Shown here piece by piece: positions 57,921-64,000 of a stretch of DNA of 64,000 nucleotides. The first letter of the stretch is position 1, and every line of letters starts with the position of its first letter. The DNA is from an uncultured Candidatus Saccharibacteria bacterium (lineage in GTDB: Bacteria > Patescibacteriota > Minisyncoccia > Phycocordibacterales > UBA918), in NCBI GenBank assembly GCA_964643955.1, contig CAZXUO010000001.1:14314-78313 (forward strand), in the 5' to 3' direction. The translations under genes and the position numbers were made by a program. The notes under the pieces were generated by a model, which ran no database searches, was not told where the DNA came from, and worked only from the letters and a program-made list of their open reading frames with translations.

Positions 57921-58835
57921 TTATTTTTGCGCCATCGCTTCGATACCTCCCGTAATCTCCGACACTTCTCGCGTAATCACTGCCTGTCGTTCTTTGTTAA
58001 ATTTGATGGTCAGTGATTTCGTCATCTCCTTCGCCTTCTCAGTCGCATTCTTCATCGCGACCATGCGCGCTGAGTGCTCGCTCGCCTTTGACTCAAGGAG
58101 CGCATGGTACACCATGATCTCCAAGAGTTGCGGCACGAGAAGCGCAATAATTTCTTCCGGATCAGGCTCGACTGTGTAATTGAGGACTGCTTTCCCCTCT
58201 TCACCTTCGTCTGCAAACTTTCCGCGCGCTGGTCGAATACCTTTCACAATCGTGCGCAATGTCTCCTCGCGCAGCGGCAAAAGCTCATGAACTGATGGCT
58301 TCTGCTCAAATGTCGAAAGGAAATTTTGATAAATGATCGATACCTTGTCGCACTCATGAGCAGTAAATGCGCCTGCAGCGAGTGCGACCACTTCTTGCAT
58401 ATCCGCAAGAGACACCTCGTCACTCACGTTGAGGTAGCTTTTGATCACTGTGTATCCACGATTGGTGAGGTAGTCGGTCGCTTTACGGCCAAAGGTGATG
58501 AACGATACTTTTCCTTTATCTACACCGCGCACTTCTGCTTCGAGCATTTTCAAGACCGCACTGTTTACGTTGCCAGCAAGCCCTTTGTCGCTTGTGATGA
58601 CGATGTAAAGTGCACGATCGCCACTTTGTACTTTCGCAAATGGATGCTCTTTTCCTGCGCCCGTTGCCGAGAGGCGTGCAAGTATGCGGAGTGCTGCACG
58701 CGCATACGCACGACCTGAGAGCGCACGCTCCTGACTCTTGCGCATCTTTACGGCCGATACTGCCTCCATCGCCTTGGTCACTTTGCCAGTGCGCTGCGTG
58801 GCTCGTATTTTGTTTTTAATAAGCTTCAGTGCCAT
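57921..58835 (-). CDS. atpG: ATP synthase gamma chain
   Basis: Typical gamma N- and C-terminal helices. Confidence 0.9.
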   Translation of the reverse strand: MALKLIKNKIRATQRTGKVTKAMEAVSAVKMRKSQERALSGRAYARAALRILARLSATGAGKEHPFAKVQSGDRALYIVITSDKGLAGNVNSAVLKMLEAEVRGVDKGKVSFITFGRKATDYLTNRGYTVIKSYLNVSDEVSLADMQEVVALAAGAFTAHECDKVSIIYQNFLSTFEQKPSVHELLPLREETLRTIVKGIRPARGKFADEGEEGKAVLNYTVEPDPEEIIALLVPQLLEIMVYHALLESKASEHSARMVAMKNATEKAKEMTKSLTIKFNKERQAVITREVSEITGGIEAMAQK

Positions 58836-58843
58836 AGAGAGTG

Positions 58844-60406
58844 TTATGCGTAAAACTCAGTATGTGCTTCCTTAAAATCTACGATTGCTTTCTTCAGGAC
58901 CGCATCGGTCTCTTCCTTGATATCGCGATCACCCTCAAGTGCTTTGAAGATTTCAGAACGATCGCGCTCAATAAATGAGAGGAATGCTGCTTCGAGTGGC
59001 TTCACTTTTTCTACTGGCGCACCTTCAAGAAGACCGTTGTTTGCACCAAAGAGCGACGCAACTTGCTTGTAGAACGGCATCGTCTCGTGCTGCTTTTGTT
59101 TCAAGAGCTCCGTAAACTTGCGACCGCTCTCAATGCGCGCCTTGGTGTCAGCATCGAGATCCTGCGCAAACTGCATAAATGCTTCGAGTTCACGGAACTG
59201 CGCAAGCTCGATACGAATCTTCCCCGCAACTTTCTTCATTGCTTTCGTCTGAGCTGAAGATCCTACGCGCGAAACTGAAATACCGACGTTGAGCGCAGGG
59301 CGTACACCTTTGTTAAAGAGTTCTGTCTCGAGGAAGATCTGCCCGTCAGTAATCGAAATTACGTTGGTCGGAATGTATGCCGACACATCGCCTTCCTGCG
59401 TCTCAATGAGGGGGAGCGCCGTGAGTGAACCACCACCGAGCTTTTCATTGAGTTTTGCAGCACGCTCAAGAAGTCGTGAGTGGAGGTAGAAAATATCTCC
59501 CGGATACGCTTCGCGTCCTGGAGGGCGGCGAAGGAGGAGTGACATCTGGCGATACGCGACCGCGTGCTTTGAAAGGTCGTCGTACACAATGAGTGCGTCT
59601 TTTCCTTGCTGCATAAAATATTCACCGATCGCAGCTCCGGCAAATGGTGCGAGGAATTGGAGTGCGGCAGGGTCTGCTGCGGAGGTTGAGACGACGATGG
59701 TGTACTCGAGTGCACCGGCATCTTTGAGCTCTGCGACGATGCGTGCAGTTTTTGATTCCTTCTGACCGATTGCAACATAGATACAGATCGGACGACTTTC
59801 TGCAGGTTCAAACTTCTGATTGAGAATCGTGTCGATCGCAATCGTTGTCTTTCCAGTACCGCGATCACCAATGATGAGCTCGCGCTGTCCGCGGCCGATC
59901 GGAATCATCGCGTCAATCGCCTTGATGCCGGTGTGGATCGGGTAATTTACCGCAGAACGATCCATCACGCCGTACGCCTCGCGCTCAATCGGCATGTCTT
60001 TGTCTGCTTTGATCGCTCCTTTTCCATCAAGCACTGCGCCGAGCGGGTCAACGACACGACCGACGATTCCCTCCCCAACCGGAATCGAGAGAAGTTTGCC
60101 GGTACGCTTCACGAGCATGCCTTCACGTACACGCGCGGTATTGCCGAGCACCACCACCTTCACGGTGTCTTCTTCGAGGTTTAGGACGAGACCGTAGAGC
60201 GCATCGTCGGCACTGAGTACATCAGCGACTGTTGATTCGCCCGCGTCGTCAAAACGCACCATTTCAGACATGAGTGCATCGCGGAGACCTTCGATCTCTG
60301 CAATACCGTCTCCTACTGAAACCACGCGACCGACTGCTTCGGGTGTTGCGTGTGGCTCAAATGAACCAATCTCTTTCTTGATGCGCTCTATGATGGTGTT
60401 GCTCAT
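58844..60406 (-). CDS. atpA: ATP synthase subunit alpha
   Basis: GDRGTGKT Walker A; 520 aa. Confidence 0.95.
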   Translation of the reverse strand: MSNTIIERIKKEIGSFEPHATPEAVGRVVSVGDGIAEIEGLRDALMSEMVRFDDAGESTVADVLSADDALYGLVLNLEEDTVKVVVLGNTARVREGMLVKRTGKLLSIPVGEGIVGRVVDPLGAVLDGKGAIKADKDMPIEREAYGVMDRSAVNYPIHTGIKAIDAMIPIGRGQRELIIGDRGTGKTTIAIDTILNQKFEPAESRPICIYVAIGQKESKTARIVAELKDAGALEYTIVVSTSAADPAALQFLAPFAGAAIGEYFMQQGKDALIVYDDLSKHAVAYRQMSLLLRRPPGREAYPGDIFYLHSRLLERAAKLNEKLGGGSLTALPLIETQEGDVSAYIPTNVISITDGQIFLETELFNKGVRPALNVGISVSRVGSSAQTKAMKKVAGKIRIELAQFRELEAFMQFAQDLDADTKARIESGRKFTELLKQKQHETMPFYKQVASLFGANNGLLEGAPVEKVKPLEAAFLSFIERDRSEIFKALEGDRDIKEETDAVLKKAIVDFKEAHTEFYA

Positions 60407-60435
60407 AATGAATACCGTGAAATGATTATTAAAAA

Positions 60436-60831
60436 TTATCGATCTGCAGTGATGGTGCGATACAGCGATACGAGTGCTGTGCGATAACTCGCATCAACCA
60501 TCGTAGTGCCGCTCGCGAGGATAAAGCCTCCGACAATCCGTTCGTCCACAATTGTTTCGTAGTTCTGTACGTCTTCTCCAAGCAAAGCAGCTGCTTCGGC
60601 AATAGCTTGAGCGTGGACGTTTATATCCTCAGCCTTACCGATACGCAATGTCCGTGCCTGCTTTTTTTCATTGCGTGCCTGAAGCGATGTGAGTGCGCGC
60701 TCAATGCGTGGAATGAGACGTTCGTGACCGCGCGCGCCAAGTACCCGCGCAAGACCAGTTGCAATCTCTGCATCAGTCTTACCTTCTTCTTGAAGCGCTA
60801 CGATGGCGCGCGCGTACTCGTGCTCAAGCAT
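60436..60831 (-). CDS. atpH: ATP synthase delta (OSCP) subunit, short (131 aa)
   Basis: OSCP-like C-terminal pattern; position between atpF and atpA. Confidence 0.65.
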   Translation of the reverse strand: MLEHEYARAIVALQEEGKTDAEIATGLARVLGARGHERLIPRIERALTSLQARNEKKQARTLRIGKAEDINVHAQAIAEAAALLGEDVQNYETIVDERIVGGFILASGTTMVDASYRTALVSLYRTITADR

Positions 60832-60833
60832 GA

Positions 60834-61283
60834 TTATGATTTCTTCAAGATCTTCTCTGCAGCGAGAATCGCCATCTTTGCGATCTCGTCCTCACTTTCC
60901 TTTCGAGCGCGCTCTTCTATCTCACGAGCCTTTAGAGCTGCTTCCGCAAGGACACGCTCACTTTTTTGTGCTGCCTCCGCAAGCACCTCTGCACCTTTTT
61001 CTGTTGCAGCATCCTTTGCACGAACGAGCACTTCTTCAGCACTTCCGTGCGCAGCTTTAAGGATCGCAGCTTTTTCTTCCTCAGCGCGTGCAAGATTTTC
61101 ACCCGCAGCTTCGGCATCACGTACTCCCTGTTCTATTTTTGCCTTGCGAGCGTCGAGCATTGAAAGCACGGGCTTGTAGAGGAAATACCACAACAGCGCC
61201 AAAAGAAGCGCGAAGTTAAAGATCTGGATGACGATGAGTCTCCAGTCAATTCCAAATGTAGTGAGTATTTCCTGCATAGGCAA
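60834..61283 (-). CDS. atpF: ATP synthase subunit b
   Basis: N-terminal TM plus long charged helix. Confidence 0.8.
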   Translation of the reverse strand: MPMQEILTTFGIDWRLIVIQIFNFALLLALLWYFLYKPVLSMLDARKAKIEQGVRDAEAAGENLARAEEEKAAILKAAHGSAEEVLVRAKDAATEKGAEVLAEAAQKSERVLAEAALKAREIEERARKESEDEIAKMAILAAEKILKKS

Positions 61284-61294
61284 AGAAACCGAGG

Positions 61295-61534
<240 letters not shown>

Positions 61535-61590
61535 TTAATTTAATGAATAAATGACAGCGACCGAACGGGTCGAGCACTGTCATGTGCTCA

Positions 61591-62367
61591 CTAATGGGGC
61601 TCGGTGACCGCAAGCTTTATGAAGAAAAGCGTGAGGACCGCAAACACAAAGGCCTGAATAAATCCCACAAAAAGCTCAAAGGCCATGATCGGTACCGGCA
61701 AAATAAACGGTACGAAGAAAATAGTGATGAGCAGAAGCACCTTTCCTGCAAAGATATTGCCGAAAAGACGGAATGAGAATGAGACTAGACGAGCGAGTTC
61801 GCTGAAGAGCTCGATGATTCCAATGAAAAACCCGAGCGGCGACTTAAAGTTAACAAACTTACCCGCGTACTTCAAGAAACCGACCAGGACAAAGCCTGCG
61901 ATCTCAATCGCGAGGAATGCGATGATCGAGAGCGCGATCGTCACATTGAGGTCGGTATTTGCCGGATATAAGAAAGGAATAAATTTCTCATGACCGTCGT
62001 GCATCGCTGTAAAGCCGATTGAGGTCACACCCGGAAGCAATCCAAACCAGTTTGCACCCAAAATGAACAAAAAGATCGTCATGATGAGCGGAAAAAACTT
62101 TCGTGCGAGCGCATCGCTCTCCAATACATCCTTGATGTAGTCGTAGGCTCCGCCTATAAGCAACTCGACAAGCACCTGCACCTTGCCGGGGATCATTGAA
62201 AGCTTGCGGCGCATAAGGAGCGCCCCCGCTACGAGGAGCAGCATCACGCACCAGACGGTAAAGGTCGTATTGGTGATCGGTACACCAAAGACATGCCCGA
62301 TCACATCAGGAGCAAGGTGAATAGAAACACCCTTTTCAGCGCTGTGTTGTACTGCCTCCTCAGCCAT
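61591..62367 (-). CDS. atpB: ATP synthase subunit a
   Basis: 5-6 TM helices with the conserved Arg-containing helix (SFSFRLFGNIFAG). Confidence 0.9.
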   Translation of the reverse strand: MAEEAVQHSAEKGVSIHLAPDVIGHVFGVPITNTTFTVWCVMLLLVAGALLMRRKLSMIPGKVQVLVELLIGGAYDYIKDVLESDALARKFFPLIMTIFLFILGANWFGLLPGVTSIGFTAMHDGHEKFIPFLYPANTDLNVTIALSIIAFLAIEIAGFVLVGFLKYAGKFVNFKSPLGFFIGIIELFSELARLVSFSFRLFGNIFAGKVLLLITIFFVPFILPVPIMAFELFVGFIQAFVFAVLTLFFIKLAVTEPH

Positions 62368-62410
62368 AAAAATCGCTCAAATCATAGCATTTTCACCCTC
62401 TTTTCGCAAA

Positions 62411-62442
62411 AGAAAACCGCCCGCAGATTTCTCTGTGGGCGG
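62411..62442 (-). terminator. Terminator (CCGCCCACAG ... CTGCGGGCGG plus TTTTCTTTTG on the minus strand) separating the upstream gene from the atp operon
   Basis: Imperfect 10-bp stem and U-tract on the minus strand. Confidence 0.5.
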
Positions 62443-62469
62443 CAGTGTACTTGCGATCCAATGTCAGCT

Positions 62470-62844
62470 TCAGGCGCGGCGCTTAACGAGCTCGCCGTGA
62501 AGCATTCCGCGAAAATCGGCGATCGGTCGTCTTCCTGCAGCGATCGGCGCTTCTGTCGACAGATTTCCGACCTCGCTCACGGTGAACTCGATGACCGAAC
62601 CTCCCTTTTCGAGGCGAGGCTCGAGATCCACCACGACTGCCTTGCGGTGGTTTCCGTAGATCCACGTCCGCGGAATAGCTCCGGTCAGCGGGACCTTGAT
62701 TTGCTTGAGGCCCTTATGAACCACGAGCACCCCATCGTAGGCATCAGCTTTTCGATCAAGCGACGCGCGAACACTGAAGCGGAGCGCTGCTGCTCCCGCG
62801 AGGTAGGGAGAGACTCCCGACCAAATCACAGGTATCGAAGGCAT
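62470..62844 (-). CDS. Hypothetical soluble protein (about 125 aa)
   Basis: ORF plus its own downstream terminator; no motif. Confidence 0.4.
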   Translation of the reverse strand: MPSIPVIWSGVSPYLAGAAALRFSVRASLDRKADAYDGVLVVHKGLKQIKVPLTGAIPRTWIYGNHRKAVVVDLEPRLEKGGSVIEFTVSEVGNLSTEAPIAAGRRPIADFRGMLHGELVKRRA

Positions 62845-62930
62845 GCTTCCCCCAAACCACATGCATCGAGCGGACTATCCGCACGACTACAGCGGTACCG
62901 AGGGAAGTAGAACATTACTATACTGTTTTG

Positions 62931-63533
62931 TCAATGTTCCTGTGGACGCAATTTCACAACATCTTTATATCTAAAACAAGACATAACATGATCATTTGCC
63001 ATACCGACTGCCTGCATATGTGCATACCACACCGTAGGACCCAGAAAAGAAAAACCGCGCTTTTTAAGGTCTTTTGACATCGCAATCGCAAGATCCGTAA
63101 CTGCCGGAATGTCAGAACTCTTCTTTCTTTTTCCCTGAACGGGCTTCTCCTTCACCCAACCCCACATATAATTTGAAAAACTTCCAAATTCTTTTTGCAC
63201 GAGAAGAAATGCTTTTGCATTTTTGATTGTCGACTCAATCTTCATTCGGTTGCGGATAATCGAGGGATCATTTACAAGACGCGCAACATCCTTTTCGCCC
63301 ATTTTCGCAACTTTCTTTGGATCAAAACCCTTAAATGCCTTTCGGTATCCTTCGCGACGATTGAGGATTGTTTTCCATGAAAGACCCGCCTGCGCACTCT
63401 CAAGGACGATAAATTCAAAGAGTTTGACATCGTCAGTTACCGGCACGCCCCACTCCATGTCGTGGTACGCAATGTAGTTCTCATCAGTTGTCCCCGCCCA
63501 TGCACAACGAGGCTTGCGATTAAGGTTTTGCAA
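62931..63533 (-). CDS. tag: DNA-3-methyladenine glycosylase I
   Basis: YHD(M)EWGVP ... LESAQAGLSWKTIL signature and C-terminal Cys/His zinc ligands. Confidence 0.85.
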   Translation of the reverse strand: MQNLNRKPRCAWAGTTDENYIAYHDMEWGVPVTDDVKLFEFIVLESAQAGLSWKTILNRREGYRKAFKGFDPKKVAKMGEKDVARLVNDPSIIRNRMKIESTIKNAKAFLLVQKEFGSFSNYMWGWVKEKPVQGKRKKSSDIPAVTDLAIAMSKDLKKRGFSFLGPTVWYAHMQAVGMANDHVMSCFRYKDVVKLRPQEH

Positions 63534-64000
63534 AATAGATTATTTTTTTTGAGACATCATTTACCGTAGCTGGGCTAAGTGTGCCATTTTCTACGCGTAT
63601 CGCAGTACTGGTTGCATATGAGTCACTAACTTTTTCTTTAAGCTCACTTCTTGCAATTTCCATCTCATTTTTCTCTGGTGTTTCAATTGTTATTACTTGA
63701 TCACCTTCTATCTGCCAATCAACGCACCCGTCAAAACGTTGTACAGACTGTTCATAATTTCCGACAACTTTTGAAATATTTAAAGATCCACATCCGGCGT
63801 CGGAGTATCCCCCAATGATATACCACGTCCGTTCATCTTCATCATACCCTTCTATATAAGGCCCAACGGTAGTTGTTGCAACCAGAGCGGGTATACCACC
63901 ATTCACTGGAACGGTGTATAGACTTGAGGGACAATCTTTCCAATTCTCAGGGCAAATGGTGGCAGTCGTGTAATAAAAATTATCTTTATGGATGAACAAT
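63520..64000 (-). CDS. Partial hypothetical protein (C-terminal part; ORF runs off the window end), AT-rich
   Basis: The track start at 63999 is a TTG 1 nt from the window edge, so the gene probably continues upstream. Confidence 0.35.
   Translation of the reverse strand, partial: LFIHKDNFYYTTATICPENWKDCPSSLYTVPVNGGIPALVATTTVGPYIEGYDEDERTWYIIGGYSDAGCGSLNISKVVGNYEQSVQRFDGCVDWQIEGDQVITIETPEKNEMEIARSELKEKVSDSYATSTAIRVENGTLSPATVNDVSKKIIYFAKP

Noticed and set aside
60607-61179. 190-aa plus-strand ORF across atpH/atpF
   Set aside because: Antisense; Ala/Ser/Arg low-complexity.
62293-62910. 205-aa plus-strand ORF overlapping the atpB start and the upstream gene
   Set aside because: Arg-rich low-complexity. 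The minus-strand terminator orientation supports the minus-strand gene.

Overview
This 64-kb window is compact bacterial chromosome, about 50% GC, with about 65 protein-coding genes, mostly on the minus strand. I found no rRNA, tRNA, CRISPR array, transposase or integrase.

The recognisable housekeeping content is:
- a partial cell-wall/division cluster (dacA-like PBP, mraY, ftsW, murG, then gltX and an EnvC-like M23 peptidase);
- scpB and scpA;
- five aminoacyl-tRNA ligases (gltX, an archaeal-type AspRS, trpS, a short alaS, leuS);
- the grpE-dnaK-dnaJ operon;
- the ribosomal alpha operon (infA, a 38-aa rpmJ missed by the ORF track, rpsM, rpsK, rpsD, rpoA, rplQ, rplM, rpsI);
- the full F1Fo ATP synthase operon (atpBEFHAGDC);
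- an RND efflux pair (membrane-fusion protein plus AcrB-like pump);
- mnmA, mltG, ychF, pepA, pepF and tag.

Accessory or unusual content:
- a co-directional DNA-repair/nuclease cluster (family-4 UDG, coiled-coil protein, MGMT DNA-binding module, Cas4-like Fe-S PD-(D/E)xK nuclease, and an ATP-cone fused to an Mrr-like endonuclease domain);
- an AT-rich segment with an orphan 7TM sensor kinase, a SET-domain protein and two membrane proteins;
- a PilM/FtsA-like ATPase plus a 447-aa single-pass membrane protein upstream of infA;
- a protein with a sigma-70 region-4 HTH at its N-terminus;
- several small stand-alone genes with their own promoter, RBS and terminator;
- perfect-palindrome bidirectional terminators, including one GC-rich element present twice in inverted orientation.

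The gene content (short AlaRS, type-2 AspRS, cysteine-less L36, many overlapping genes) suggests a small-genome Patescibacteria/CPR-like organism, but that is inference only. Coordinates of non-ORF features are from my own indexing and may be off by 1-2 nt. Near 38.7-39.3 kb my indexing disagrees with the ORF track by 1 nt.
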